64,000 nt of DNA, taken from IMG/VR virus record IMGVR_UViG_3300046692_000144, positions 85,621 through 149,620 of that record. One strand, given 5' to 3'. Of the stretch, positions 35,801 through 45,827 are shown one piece after another (the stretch's first letter is position 1; the number at the start of each line of letters is the position of its first letter). The notes below the pieces were generated by a model. It did not search any database and was not told the DNA's origin. It was given only the letters and a program-made list of their open reading frames with translations. This DNA is from a virus (Duplodnaviria > Heunggongvirae > Uroviricota > Caudoviricetes). A program made the translations under genes and the position numbers.

Positions 35801-36352
35801 TTAAGTCAAATGCTTAGGCTGGAAGCTGTTGCGGCCTGGGCCATAACGTTCTTCAAGACGGGTGATGGTCTCGATAGTGTTAGGGTCAACGCCTTCACCG
35901 TGAATTGCGTTAGCCAGGAGTTGGCTAAGCAGGTTCACATCAGAAGCAACGTGTGGAGCAAATTTGAAAATGGTTTCGGCGTACGACATGACTTTGTTAC
36001 GGTCGGCGTTACGAACGATGCGATTGGACTCAACCACAGTCTTCAACGACTCGGTGAACTTGCGATACAGCAAGGAGTCTTTAGCAGAGCCTACTAGGGA
36101 AGCGATGCCGCTAACAACTGAGTTGACTGCCAGGTTACCGATACCACCGCCGATGCTCTTGCCGAAGCTGTCACCAATGCCTTTAACTACGTCTTGACCT
36201 AGAGTGCCGCCAGGAGATTTGTCACCGCCAGTGCGAGTTTCATAGTCAAACATAGAAGCTTCTTTAACGAAGCCCTCTACAAAGGCGTCAGCCTGTGCAT
36301 CAGTGAAGCCCATCTTTTCTTGAGCTTCTTTGCGGAGTTCTAGAACGTCCAT
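35801..36352 (-). CDS. Probable head protein
   Basis: RKEA and VKEAS motifs; Gly-rich helix. Confidence 0.65.
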   Translation of the reverse strand: MDVLELRKEAQEKMGFTDAQADAFVEGFVKEASMFDYETRTGGDKSPGGTLGQDVVKGIGDSFGKSIGGGIGNLAVNSVVSGIASLVGSAKDSLLYRKFTESLKTVVESNRIVRNADRNKVMSYAETIFKFAPHVASDVNLLSQLLANAIHGEGVDPNTIETITRLEERYGPGRNSFQPKHLT

Positions 36353-36365
36353 TGAATTTCCTCAG

Positions 36366-37382
36366 TTATTCGTAAATGTTGGACCAGACATCGTTTGAAC
36401 GTCCGGTACGTTGATTGACAGGTGGCGTGTAAGAGGCCGCTGAAATACCAACGGTAGCCACGGCCCCAAGACCGATTCTATTACGTAGTTTATACGTATG
36501 CTTGGCAGCGTTAGTAGGGTCAGGTATTTTCTTTGCGACTATGGCACGAGCGGCTTTGAAGGTCCCGCTAGCAGCAGCGGTTGGGACGTAGGTTGCGGCA
36601 GAGGCAAGTCCTTTGACGGGGTCTTTCACAAACGCTGATGCACCCCCGACTACGGATTTACCCATGCCTAGCAGCTTTCCCAGAGCAAACCCTGCCTTCT
36701 TTTCCAGGTCTTCCAATTCGGAACGTTTGGTTTGAAGTTCAGCGGCTTGTTTGATGAGGCTGACAACGGCAGTAGCAACTTCAAGTTCACGACCTACGAA
36801 GACCATGTCATTCAGGCTAGCAGCCTTCTCAAAACCACTCTTGCCAAAGGCAGTCATGATTCGGTCGAAGTCTTCCTTAGCTGCGAATTCAAGTCGTTCC
36901 TGCCAGTGAGCCTGCTTAACCAAAACTGGGATAGCTCGCTCAAGATCAGATACACAGTTGTAGTGTTCCTGAGCAACCTTCTCCAGGTCTGCTTTCAGAT
37001 GAGCAGCAACCTTGAACAGCGTCTGATGACGTTGATCTTCTGGAATTTCCGAGGTCACAGAGAAGGCGACTTTATCCAGAGTTGAACACTCCGGACCTGT
37101 CACGTCCACGTAGGCACGATCTTGGAAATTACCGAGGATTGCGTCCATGACTCCTGGGAAGCTTGCGACTTGGAATTCAAAGGTCTTATCCTCTGCACCA
37201 TCTCGTAGCTTTAGGAAAGCGATAACGTTGGTCGATTCGACTACCCGTTTCACTTGGTCTTCGTTCAACTTCAAGGACTTCGCTTTTTCCGCGATGGATA
37301 CATCGAGGGGAACTTTGTTCGAAACGAACTGTTGTACGGCGTAAACCGAAAGTTCCTTGATAGTGTCTTGATCAAATTGCAT
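36366..37382 (-). CDS. Probable head protein rich in K-x-A motifs
   Basis: FKVAA, EKVAQ, EKAAS, IKQAA, EKKAG. Confidence 0.65.
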   Translation of the reverse strand: MQFDQDTIKELSVYAVQQFVSNKVPLDVSIAEKAKSLKLNEDQVKRVVESTNVIAFLKLRDGAEDKTFEFQVASFPGVMDAILGNFQDRAYVDVTGPECSTLDKVAFSVTSEIPEDQRHQTLFKVAAHLKADLEKVAQEHYNCVSDLERAIPVLVKQAHWQERLEFAAKEDFDRIMTAFGKSGFEKAASLNDMVFVGRELEVATAVVSLIKQAAELQTKRSELEDLEKKAGFALGKLLGMGKSVVGGASAFVKDPVKGLASAATYVPTAAASGTFKAARAIVAKKIPDPTNAAKHTYKLRNRIGLGAVATVGISAASYTPPVNQRTGRSNDVWSNIYE

Positions 37383-37384
37383 AG

Positions 37385-38098
37385 TTAGTCCGGGGTCTCT
37401 TCATCACTCTCGATAGGCACATCAACATCAGCCGCTTTACTTCTCACGTCTTCGAACAGGTCTTTGAAAGTGTCAACGGAAGGGAATGTTGCGATAACTT
37501 CCTTAACCCGTATCTCAAGTTCTTTCTGAGCTTCGTTACCATCAGTGGACCAGGCCTTCAAGAGACGGGCTACGTCCATGGATAACTTCACCCATTTAGT
37601 GCTTTCTTGAGCTGCTTTAGATTCACTGCTGTTAAAAAAAGCCTCTTTGGCTTTGAACAGGCAAGTATCGAATAGCTGCTTCAACCCATCCAGAGGAGGG
37701 GTCACATCAGTTCTCTTTCCAAGCCTCCATGCCAAAAACGTAAGGCCTTCTGTTAGGCCCCAAAGCTTGAGAGTACTTTCTTCTTTGTTCCTGACATTGG
37801 CCATCTGGAGTTTATCCAGCCGATCCATGTCATCTGTGATGTAGTATATTTTAGAGTAGAACTCAATCAACTCTGGACTGATGTCGAGAATCCTGCCGAT
37901 CTCCGTAAAGTTAGAAGAAGCAAGTAGGCAGGCCTCTATGTAGTGACGCTTTAGGTCACTTTCGTTCAACGGTTTGACTCTCTGAAATAGCAGGCCGTTT
38001 TCCCCAGTGGGGTTTGTGAGGATATCATCGACCATCTCATCCTCACCGACCTGCTCCTTACGTAGAAGAATCTCCCGGTAGTTATGACGCTTTGACAT
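37385..38098 (-). CDS. Hypothetical protein (HTH-like segment; small terminase possible but unsupported)
   Basis: NFTEIGRILDISPELI resembles a helix-turn-helix. Confidence 0.55.
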   Translation of the reverse strand: MSKRHNYREILLRKEQVGEDEMVDDILTNPTGENGLLFQRVKPLNESDLKRHYIEACLLASSNFTEIGRILDISPELIEFYSKIYYITDDMDRLDKLQMANVRNKEESTLKLWGLTEGLTFLAWRLGKRTDVTPPLDGLKQLFDTCLFKAKEAFFNSSESKAAQESTKWVKLSMDVARLLKAWSTDGNEAQKELEIRVKEVIATFPSVDTFKDLFEDVRSKAADVDVPIESDEETPD

Positions 38099-39992
38099 TG
38101 GAGATTAGCTGCTCCAGTTTAACCAGGTTATCTCCAAGGTTGCGGTATACAGCCTTAACCGATGCAATTGTAGACATTGCCGAGTCACTACCGCTAGCCT
38201 GGATAAGTTGATCCATGCGTACACGACTCATGAACAGAATCCGGCCTAGGCGATCAACTGCTTCATTGATATCAGGGAGGTACTCTGCGATCACGCTGAA
38301 CAAGTCAGGTGACTGCAAGAGCTCAGAAATAACCATTGCGTCTGCAATCTGTTTATCCCCGGAGTCAAGTGCTTGTCCGATATTAGCAGAACTCATCTTG
38401 GTTTCGGCTTGTGGCTGAGGTTTTTCTCCAAACTCTGGGATTTCTCCAGGACTGAAATCAGCTTTCTTCGACATCAAAACATTGCATTTACGAGTCAGGG
38501 CGGCACGCTTAACCAATGACTCCGCACGGGAAGGCTCCACGCCTTCATTGACTATTAGCATCTCGATTGCTTTGTGGGCTGGGCCGACAGAAGAACCGTT
38601 GAAGCCGAAGTCCACACCGTCATGAGTAATGCTCAGACGATCCTGTAGAGTAACCATTGCCTGTGCAGACAACAGAGCCTTAGCAGTGTTGACGCTCATG
38701 TCGTCAATGCTACGGGCCTCTTCTTCATCCTCGTAGTTACGACCGAGTTGCAGAACTGGGTAGCCATCTGGAATGCAGATAACTCCAGAAGCATCAGTAA
38801 GTACCGACTTCAGTCCCTTGATGAAAGAAACCTTAACAGCACCGTCGGTAGTATCGACATCAACAGTTACTGCATCTTGGCGGATATTCACTTTACGAGT
38901 AGTGCCCGTAACGAGGATTCCCAAGCCTGGGGTCAGAACTGCAACTCGCTGATGCGACTGTAGGTCACGACAAGTAGTGATAGGGTTAGTAGCACTGAAC
39001 TTGCTCAGAATACGGGATACGACTTCCAGATTGCTTTCCTGACCTACAAGCTCATCACCGACCGCGATGAATCGAGTCAGAGGAAGGGCACGACCTGAAG
39101 AAGTAACCACGAAGCCACGACGAACTACTGGTGTGTTAGAACGCAGACTTGGTTCGTGTGGAGACTTCAATTTGGTAGGAACTCGGATCTCTTCCTTGGC
39201 CACATAGGCTTCAACGATGTTGCCATCGGAAGTCATGAGACGGAAACATTTACCTTGTTCAGTAGCAGTAGTCAGTTGGTGCAGTTGACCATGGTACTCA
39301 AACTCTTCCTGAGGAATAGCCACACGACTTGCGTGAGGATACGAGTGATTCAGGGAGTAACCTTTGTCCAGCACTTCTTTGACCTGAGCGTCATCCAAAG
39401 CATCACCGTAAGTGAGAACAGCCTTGGCATCAATTTCATGGCGTTGAGGAGCTTCGACTTCAACGTCTTTCAGGGCGTTGATGAAGTCTTCGATTCCGTA
39501 GATCTTGTGGATCTTGTTAGCCAATTCGGAGTCGTCACGAACGCGAGTACGAACAAAAGCTTTGATGTGATTAGGAGTAGATGCCAGAAACTCGGTAACT
39601 CGACTGTCACTTGCATATACAAATTTGCCGGTACGTGGTGGATTTACCAAGTCGTAAACGCTTGGGTTACGGGATACGCCCTTAGGAACTTTGGCTTTCT
39701 TACCCGGATCAATCTTGCTAGCGTTAAGGATACGGCTAACAGTACTCTTCGACAGAGGGCGGAATTTCCGCTCGTCACAGAAGAACACCGAATCGATAGG
39801 GTGGGTAGTGTGGTCTTTTTTAATTACAGGGATGTAATACGAAGAAGCCCCAGACTGAAGAATGAACGCACCCACGGTAACGTCAATCTCCGCAGATGCC
39901 TCCTCTGAAATGTCGCGGAAGGCGACGATTAGGTTAACCAGTTCAGGGGCAGTCTGGCTAAGCTTTTGCATTGCGATTTCGGGGAAATCCAT
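38082..39992 (-). CDS. Large probable head/virion protein
   Basis: 636 aa, first gene after the late motif at 40030-40035; KKAD and C-terminal VKAS. Confidence 0.65.
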   Translation of the reverse strand: MDFPEIAMQKLSQTAPELVNLIVAFRDISEEASAEIDVTVGAFILQSGASSYYIPVIKKDHTTHPIDSVFFCDERKFRPLSKSTVSRILNASKIDPGKKAKVPKGVSRNPSVYDLVNPPRTGKFVYASDSRVTEFLASTPNHIKAFVRTRVRDDSELANKIHKIYGIEDFINALKDVEVEAPQRHEIDAKAVLTYGDALDDAQVKEVLDKGYSLNHSYPHASRVAIPQEEFEYHGQLHQLTTATEQGKCFRLMTSDGNIVEAYVAKEEIRVPTKLKSPHEPSLRSNTPVVRRGFVVTSSGRALPLTRFIAVGDELVGQESNLEVVSRILSKFSATNPITTCRDLQSHQRVAVLTPGLGILVTGTTRKVNIRQDAVTVDVDTTDGAVKVSFIKGLKSVLTDASGVICIPDGYPVLQLGRNYEDEEEARSIDDMSVNTAKALLSAQAMVTLQDRLSITHDGVDFGFNGSSVGPAHKAIEMLIVNEGVEPSRAESLVKRAALTRKCNVLMSKKADFSPGEIPEFGEKPQPQAETKMSSANIGQALDSGDKQIADAMVISELLQSPDLFSVIAEYLPDINEAVDRLGRILFMSRVRMDQLIQASGSDSAMSTIASVKAVYRNLGDNLVKLEQLISNVKAS

Positions 39993-40053
39993 AGTTGATC
40001 CACTTTCCGGCTAGGAAGCTAATGTGTCTATTTTAACGATTGATGGGTAGTGT

Positions 40054-40060
40054 GGTATAA
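40054..40060 (+). promoter_or_regulatory. Early-type promoter motif GGTATAA
   Basis: Upstream of the lipoprotein gene. Confidence 0.7.
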
Positions 40061-40096
40061 CCACTATGTAACCCCAATAACTCAGGACTAATAGCG

Positions 40097-40711
40097 ATGT
40101 TTACAAAATCTGCTCTTGCTCTTTCGGTACTTACTGCAACTTTGACCCTCGCTGGTTGTGACGGAGAAGAGCCGTCTACTGATGACGTTCATGACTATGT
40201 CGAACAAGAGACAAAGTCTCAGACTATGGAGTCTATCTCTAAAGAGGAGGTAGAACTCAAAAAGTCTTTAGAAGAACTCCATAGAACTGATCCTTCCGTA
40301 AAAGATCTGTACTACTCCTCGGATGAGAACGGCGGGAGACAATTACACGTCGTTCGAGACGCTCCTACCAAGGAGTCTGCTTCTTCAGTGTCAGAAACGG
40401 TCTGGCCTATTTTAGGAGGAGTCGCCGCAGGTGCATTGGTGAGCCACATGATAAGCTCAGGCGGGGTTAGTAACTACACAAGAAGCAACCCCCCATTCAG
40501 CGATTCATATTACAGCCAGGAAGACCAGAGGAAGAAAAAGAACGAATATACCTCTGGTTACGTAAATTCAATGGTAGCTCAGAATAGAACACGACTATAC
40601 GCAAGCCCAGGCTTATCTAGCAACGTAAGGGCTGCGGTAAGCTCGCGTTCAAGTGGCGTATTTGCTTCCTCATCTTCTGCTCGCTCTGGCGGCTATGGTA
40701 TGGGTTCCTAA
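40097..40711 (+). CDS. Lipoprotein, DUF1190/YgiB-like
   Basis: Lipobox LAGC; Ser-rich tail ending RSGGYGMGS; upstream of a GSP-synthase-like gene. Confidence 0.7.
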   Translation: MFTKSALALSVLTATLTLAGCDGEEPSTDDVHDYVEQETKSQTMESISKEEVELKKSLEELHRTDPSVKDLYYSSDENGGRQLHVVRDAPTKESASSVSETVWPILGGVAAGALVSHMISSGGVSNYTRSNPPFSDSYYSQEDQRKKKNEYTSGYVNSMVAQNRTRLYASPGLSSNVRAAVSSRSSGVFASSSSARSGGYGMGS

Positions 40712-40713
40712 TA

Positions 40714-42012
40714 ATGAATTTCGAAAGATACAAAATTAACTTCGACATCGAAAACGTCCTCCCTACACATCTTCCGTATCTGAGCGAGTTTTATAACTCT
40801 ACTCAAGAATTACGAAATGACGTGAAAGATCTGTTTTCGTTCCCACTGGCTAACAAGGAGGCAATGCCTTTCTACACAATCAGTGGCATAGCTTGTGATG
40901 ATATTGCGACCGTTGCTGAAGACGTCTACGGTGCGATGATCAACGCAGTCGATTACTTGTTTGAAAACCCAGTTCTGATTCCTCAGTTCTACGACTGTGA
41001 AATGCTCCGTTCAAACGAAGGTCTAGCCTTTATAGACTATGCTCAGCACACGTTCCGTCAAAAGAACATGCTGAGCCAAGCTTTGTACGGTAGATTCGAT
41101 ATGGCCATTGATCCGAAGACAGACCGAGTTACTGGAGTCTATGAGTTCAACGGCGATACTCCCGTGATGCTATTCGAGTCCACTGCTTTAGAGAGTGACT
41201 TCGTTCGTCAGATCGATATTACGGGTGAGTCTCAATTCAACGAGTACTACGAACGTATCTCCGAGTCTCTTCGTCAGCATCGACTAGGCCTCTGCGATAA
41301 GTTTGCAATTGTTTTTAACTCCGACTACATCGAGGATATGGCTACTTGCGAAATCCTTACCGAGCTCTTGGGTCAGCACGTAACTGCTTTCATGGTTGAT
41401 ATCAAAGAGCTAGATTACGATCATGCAGGCGGTAGTAAACCTTTCATATACAGTGATATCGTTCTCGATGGCATGTTCGTTCTTTCCCCGTGGGAAGAAA
41501 TGGTGACGGCGTTCCCTGCTGCATTCCTTAACTGGAAGCAATGGGCAGACTCAGTTGTAATCATGGAACCGTCTTGGAGATGGTTCATGTCGAACAAAGG
41601 TGTATGGGCGTTAATGACATGCATGATGTCTGAAGAATCACGTTGGGCTCATGCCTGGAAGGACCTCCCCTTACTCAAGACGTACATGAGCAAAGAACCC
41701 CTTCTCGGCAATCCACAAGTGTCCAAACCTTCTCTTGGTCGCCTATCCTCCAACATCGAATTTCTCGGTGCGGATGGTGAAGTAATCGTATCTAGTGAAG
41801 GGTACTACGGTGACACAGAACGGGTGTATCAAGAACTCTGCCCTGCTGGTAGTGTACGTCAAGGCAAGAACTTCATCGCAGGTGTTTGGATGGCCCCACA
41901 CTGTTCTCGAAACAACCTCTACGCTCGTGCAGGTACTCTGTGCTTCCGAGAGTTTGATAACGAAATCATTGAGACAATGAACGAACGGTTCATTCCTCAT
42001 TTGGTTGTGTAA
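40714..42012 (+). CDS. Glutathionylspermidine synthase-like ATP-grasp ligase (YgiC/YjfC-like)
   Basis: LYGRFD, YEFNGDTP..LFES, ED..T, WEE, EP.W..FMSNKG, SKP.LGR..SNI. Confidence 0.85.
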   Translation: MNFERYKINFDIENVLPTHLPYLSEFYNSTQELRNDVKDLFSFPLANKEAMPFYTISGIACDDIATVAEDVYGAMINAVDYLFENPVLIPQFYDCEMLRSNEGLAFIDYAQHTFRQKNMLSQALYGRFDMAIDPKTDRVTGVYEFNGDTPVMLFESTALESDFVRQIDITGESQFNEYYERISESLRQHRLGLCDKFAIVFNSDYIEDMATCEILTELLGQHVTAFMVDIKELDYDHAGGSKPFIYSDIVLDGMFVLSPWEEMVTAFPAAFLNWKQWADSVVIMEPSWRWFMSNKGVWALMTCMMSEESRWAHAWKDLPLLKTYMSKEPLLGNPQVSKPSLGRLSSNIEFLGADGEVIVSSEGYYGDTERVYQELCPAGSVRQGKNFIAGVWMAPHCSRNNLYARAGTLCFREFDNEIIETMNERFIPHLVV

Positions 42013-42013
42013 T

Positions 42014-42046
42014 AAAAACCGGGCTTAATCGCCCGGTTCTTTTTAG
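42014..42046. terminator. Bidirectional intrinsic terminator
   Basis: AAAAACCGGGC-TTAATC-GCCCGGTTCTTTTT. Confidence 0.8.
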
Positions 42047-42831
42047 GATGGAGTCACTCCGCAGCCCGGTGAGGTACCTGGGCGGTACCCAGTACTTTGT
42101 GCAACCTTAACCGAGTTATTAGATACGCCCATGTACTTAGATGAACCCCCTGCATAAGAGTTTGCACTGTTCATTACTCGGGACAAGTAGTCGCCGGAGG
42201 AAATGCCTGTGACGGCGTCAACTGAGTTTGGGTCTCCGAGGTGTGATCGGATAGTAGCCTCAATTGCAGCAGTTTTGTTACCTGGATACTTCTTCAGGAA
42301 TATTTTGTAGTTGGTCTCTAGAATACAAAGACCTGCAAATAAACCCCTCCGAAGTCCATCCGCATCTTGAGTAAACCTAGCCGTAATGGACTCCCCAGGA
42401 TTTACCAGAAGATCCATGGCCTCAGCAACTGACTTGTAGTTGTTCTGTACGTGCCCGAACCCTTTAGGTCCTAGCTGTAATCCCCGGATAAGATAGGCGC
42501 CCATCGTTCCAAGCAAGGATTGAGCTAATCGACCCTGACTCAGATTTGACTGGTTGACCGCCAAGCTTTTACGTGCGTTCTGAGTTACTTGGTGTTGTTC
42601 AAACGATAAGCCGAAGCCTGACGTCGCAGGAACCATTCTGTGAGCAACGTCAACGTTGCCCCAGTTTAGTCCTGCACCCGATTCAGTAGCGATAACACCT
42701 ACGATGATCTTATCTACATCTTGGTATGAACCGAGAATAGAGAAGTTACCCCCAAGCTGAATATCCATTTCAGATTGGAGGGCTTGGCGGAACGCACTTG
42801 AAGAAGTAGGACCTGCTGCTGCACTAGCCAT
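42043..42831 (-). CDS. Possible lytic transglycosylase-like virion protein
   Basis: GVIATESG resembles the SLT catalytic Glu motif; other motifs weak. Confidence 0.4.
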   Translation of the reverse strand: MASAAAGPTSSSAFRQALQSEMDIQLGGNFSILGSYQDVDKIIVGVIATESGAGLNWGNVDVAHRMVPATSGFGLSFEQHQVTQNARKSLAVNQSNLSQGRLAQSLLGTMGAYLIRGLQLGPKGFGHVQNNYKSVAEAMDLLVNPGESITARFTQDADGLRRGLFAGLCILETNYKIFLKKYPGNKTAAIEATIRSHLGDPNSVDAVTGISSGDYLSRVMNSANSYAGGSSKYMGVSNNSVKVAQSTGYRPGTSPGCGVTPS

Positions 42832-44651
42832 TAATACTCCCCAGGATTGCCTTGGCCAAAGTCTCGGCCCATTACATACGGAGTGATAGGATCAGTATCA
42901 TGGATTTTCGAAGAAGATCCAATAGCAGCCGATTCCTGGATGGTGGAGCGGATCTTGTTGAAGGCCAGTTTAGAGATCCAGTTAGGGTCAAGAAGCTTAG
43001 CCGACTGAAGACCTGGGACCAACGGAGTCACTTTCAAACCTGAAGTCGTTGCATGGATAGAGCTGATCCCACGCATTGCCAAGCTATCAACGTGGTTCTG
43101 AGTCAGGTAGGTACCAGGTACTTCTTCCAGAACGCCGTGTGACAGAGTACGTCCAACTGCGCTGTGGATTGGAACTGCTTCACTGTTCTTTGCCAGCTCA
43201 TCTTGGATCTGGTTAACGTCTATCTCTTGTCCCGGCAGGAACCCGGTTTCACCAGGATCGTTTACCTTGACGTATTTGATGAGGTTACGAGCAATCAAAT
43301 CAAAGTGACGAGTATCCAGACCTGAGCCGTAGATATCACGGAGTTTGTTAGCCATGTACAGACGACCCGCACCAACCCCTTTCAAGGATACGAGCTTACG
43401 AGGGTTGACTGTACCGGTAGACATCTGATCACCGGCCTTCATTTCCTGACCTTTCTTAACCGTCAAGTCCTGCTCTCGGCTTACGAAGTGAGGTACGCCA
43501 TTGACGTAGATCTCATGGTCTTTCAGTGCTGTCTGACGAATCTCAGATACAGTACCATTCAACTTGGAAATTGTAGCCTCATCCTGGAAGTTATCCGCAG
43601 GGTTGTTCAGAAGGTTACTTGCCTCTTCATACGCATTTCGCTTTTTACCCGCAACACCACCGGAGTGCTTAGTACCCAGCATCGCTTGGGTGAGACGTTC
43701 GGACACAGATTGAGATGCGATAACACCTACGTTAGTACCGATGGTAACGAGATGACCGTCTGAAGCTTGACCGTAGCATTTCTGGCATACGCCTTTCTTC
43801 GCTTCGCAAGTCATGGTGTTACGAACTTTCACCTGTTTATGGCTTTGCTCAAGTTCACGTTGATACGTTTCGTCAATGAACTTGTTAGTTCCTGCTTCGT
43901 ATCGACCGATCAAAGCCTTCCGATCAGTTGATGGAGTCATCACACCGTTCACGGTATGGCAGTCAGGGACCGTCACAACCTCGTGGTAGACGTTCGGAGT
44001 CAGCTTCTTAAACAGGGCACCGGGTAGAGACGTAGATAGCTGTGCGGCTACGGTAGAGGCTCGACCGGCGTAAGACATCGCCAAGTACTCGCCAGGAGTA
44101 AGTCCCTCAGCAAAGGAGTGCATCACCGCGATTGGTACCGGCATACCCCGTACGTCTGCCGCCATGAGTGGAGAGGATGTACCCCAAGCCAACTGAGACG
44201 GGTTACCACGAGCACCAGTAGCAGCCATCTTCGCTGCGGTAGAGCCTCGGCTGGCCAAGTAGTTGATGTTCTGCTTACTGATCTTGCCCGACATATCTGC
44301 GGCAAGAGTAGACAGGGCATTCGACTTCTCCTGAGTCGAAACCTTGCTTTTTAGAATCTCTGCAACCTTGTGCTCGAACTCCCCCAGCAAAGCAGCTCGC
44401 TCGCTGGAATCGTTGATGTAGTCAGAGAGAGGAGTCGAAGCCCCGATCTCAGTGGCCTTGCCAAAGAACAGTCGAGCGAGATCGTTGATGACTTCGAAGT
44501 CAGAATCTTCGTTCTTGATGAGTAGCTGAATAAGTCCTTGCACCCCACCCTTATCTAGGACGCGGTGTAGATCGTACTTCTCCCGAGCACCTACAGGAAG
44601 CATGTGCTTGATCATTACTGAGCCGGGAGTTGTGTATTTTTGGTCTGCCAT
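42831..44651 (-). CDS. rpoC: RNA polymerase beta-prime, C-terminal piece
   Basis: EGLT..EY..MSYAGR bridge helix, Zn site (CHT..CEAKKGVCQKCYG), SQSVSERLTQAMLGTKHSGG trigger loop. Confidence 0.85.
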   Translation of the reverse strand: MADQKYTTPGSVMIKHMLPVGAREKYDLHRVLDKGGVQGLIQLLIKNEDSDFEVINDLARLFFGKATEIGASTPLSDYINDSSERAALLGEFEHKVAEILKSKVSTQEKSNALSTLAADMSGKISKQNINYLASRGSTAAKMAATGARGNPSQLAWGTSSPLMAADVRGMPVPIAVMHSFAEGLTPGEYLAMSYAGRASTVAAQLSTSLPGALFKKLTPNVYHEVVTVPDCHTVNGVMTPSTDRKALIGRYEAGTNKFIDETYQRELEQSHKQVKVRNTMTCEAKKGVCQKCYGQASDGHLVTIGTNVGVIASQSVSERLTQAMLGTKHSGGVAGKKRNAYEEASNLLNNPADNFQDEATISKLNGTVSEIRQTALKDHEIYVNGVPHFVSREQDLTVKKGQEMKAGDQMSTGTVNPRKLVSLKGVGAGRLYMANKLRDIYGSGLDTRHFDLIARNLIKYVKVNDPGETGFLPGQEIDVNQIQDELAKNSEAVPIHSAVGRTLSHGVLEEVPGTYLTQNHVDSLAMRGISSIHATTSGLKVTPLVPGLQSAKLLDPNWISKLAFNKIRSTIQESAAIGSSSKIHDTDPITPYVMGRDFGQGNPGEY

Positions 44652-44722
44652 GAATGTATTGGCCTGGTGAAGGTTAGGTATCTGGGATTTTAACTGAGGT
44701 TCAATTACGAGGATGCCATTGA

Positions 44723-44729
44723 GGTATAA
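44723..44729 (+). promoter_or_regulatory. Early-type promoter motif GGTATAA
   Basis: Upstream of 44792. Confidence 0.7.
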
Positions 44730-44791
44730 GTACTGTGTAGAAGGAGTACCTCCTATTCACGAATGCTTCCCCACATCACTGGAGAATCAGA

Positions 44792-45256
44792 ATGCGCTAC
44801 GGTCACGAAACTAATTCAGAAGCAGCAGGCAACTACGGTGCAGCAGTGTTCATGACAGGCATGGCACTCGTATTTGCAGCCACGGGTATCGGATACCTCA
44901 AGGCAGCACTCTTCCCACGGAAGAAACAACAAGACATCGGCGACTTCTTTGCTGAAGAACTCAGCAACGTTGCGAAGGAGCTCTTGGCCAAGAAGGCAGT
45001 CACCATGCCTAACGGCGAAAGTATCGTACAGGAGAACCTGGAAAACCCAATAACCTTCTATGTAAAGAAGGCGTATAAACCGGAAGTCAAGTTGGGTGAC
45101 TTGATTCCGGAAACCCACCTCGTCGTGAAGACGGATTCCATTACTGAAAAGGACTGGTCTGAAATGGAAAACGTTAAGTTCATTTGCCGACGAAAAGTAG
45201 TAATCAACGGCAAATCTTCACTGTTTGAAGTTGGTGAGTTCGTCGGAATTCAATAA
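44792..45256 (+). CDS. Single-pass membrane protein
   Basis: N-terminal TM helix NYGAAVFMTGMALVFAATGIG. Confidence 0.7.
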   Translation: MRYGHETNSEAAGNYGAAVFMTGMALVFAATGIGYLKAALFPRKKQQDIGDFFAEELSNVAKELLAKKAVTMPNGESIVQENLENPITFYVKKAYKPEVKLGDLIPETHLVVKTDSITEKDWSEMENVKFICRRKVVINGKSSLFEVGEFVGIQ

Positions 45257-45271
45257 CAAGGTAGCGGTTCA

Positions 45272-45278
45272 GGTATAA
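45272..45278 (+). promoter_or_regulatory. Early-type promoter motif GGTATAA
   Basis: Upstream of 45330. Confidence 0.7.
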
Positions 45279-45329
45279 GGATAGTGTAGAAGGAATATAT
45301 CTCTTCAACAATAAATAGCAGGTGAGACG

Positions 45330-45503
45330 ATGGCCGAGATAATGGGTTTGGATTCATACCCTCAGGAAACACGTTCTGAGGCGGTAGTGAACTACGCAGC
45401 AGCAGCATTCCTCGTTGGGTTGGCAGTTCTTGCCATTGGTTCCGGCGTCGGCATCCTCGTTGGTAAATTCAAAACACCGAAAACCGAACCGAACGCTTCG
45501 TAA
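45330..45503 (+). CDS. 57 aa membrane peptide (not in track), paralog of the 44792 N-terminus
   Basis: ETRSEAVVNYAAAAFLVGLAVLAIGSGVG vs ETNSEAAGNYGAAVFMTGMALVFAATGIG. Confidence 0.7.
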   Translation: MAEIMGLDSYPQETRSEAVVNYAAAAFLVGLAVLAIGSGVGILVGKFKTPKTEPNAS

Positions 45504-45545
45504 TAACCAGGGCCTTGATACTGAGGCCCTACAACTTAACAACTC

Positions 45546-45782
45546 ATGGGAGGATGCATGAGAGCCCCACTTGAACACTTGGAGTCCAGCACTCCCATGG
45601 GTGCCGGAGAAGGTGCGGTATACGTCTTGATGGCAGGGGCACTAGTCGGACTAGGTGCTCTGGCAGGATACGCAAAGGCCTCATTCAGCAACTCTCGTAA
45701 AGAGAAAGAGCGGAAAGAGGAAGAACTTGCCAGGCTCAAACGGAGCAGTCGAGCTCACAATCAACGCGGTACCCGCAACTAA
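45546..45782 (+). CDS. Small single-pass membrane protein
   Basis: GxxxG TM helix followed by a basic tail. Confidence 0.6.
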   Translation: MGGCMRAPLEHLESSTPMGAGEGAVYVLMAGALVGLGALAGYAKASFSNSRKEKERKEEELARLKRSSRAHNQRGTRN

Positions 45783-45827
45783 TTCAACCAACAACCACTA
45801 AAACTAAATTTCAACAAGGGTAACATC

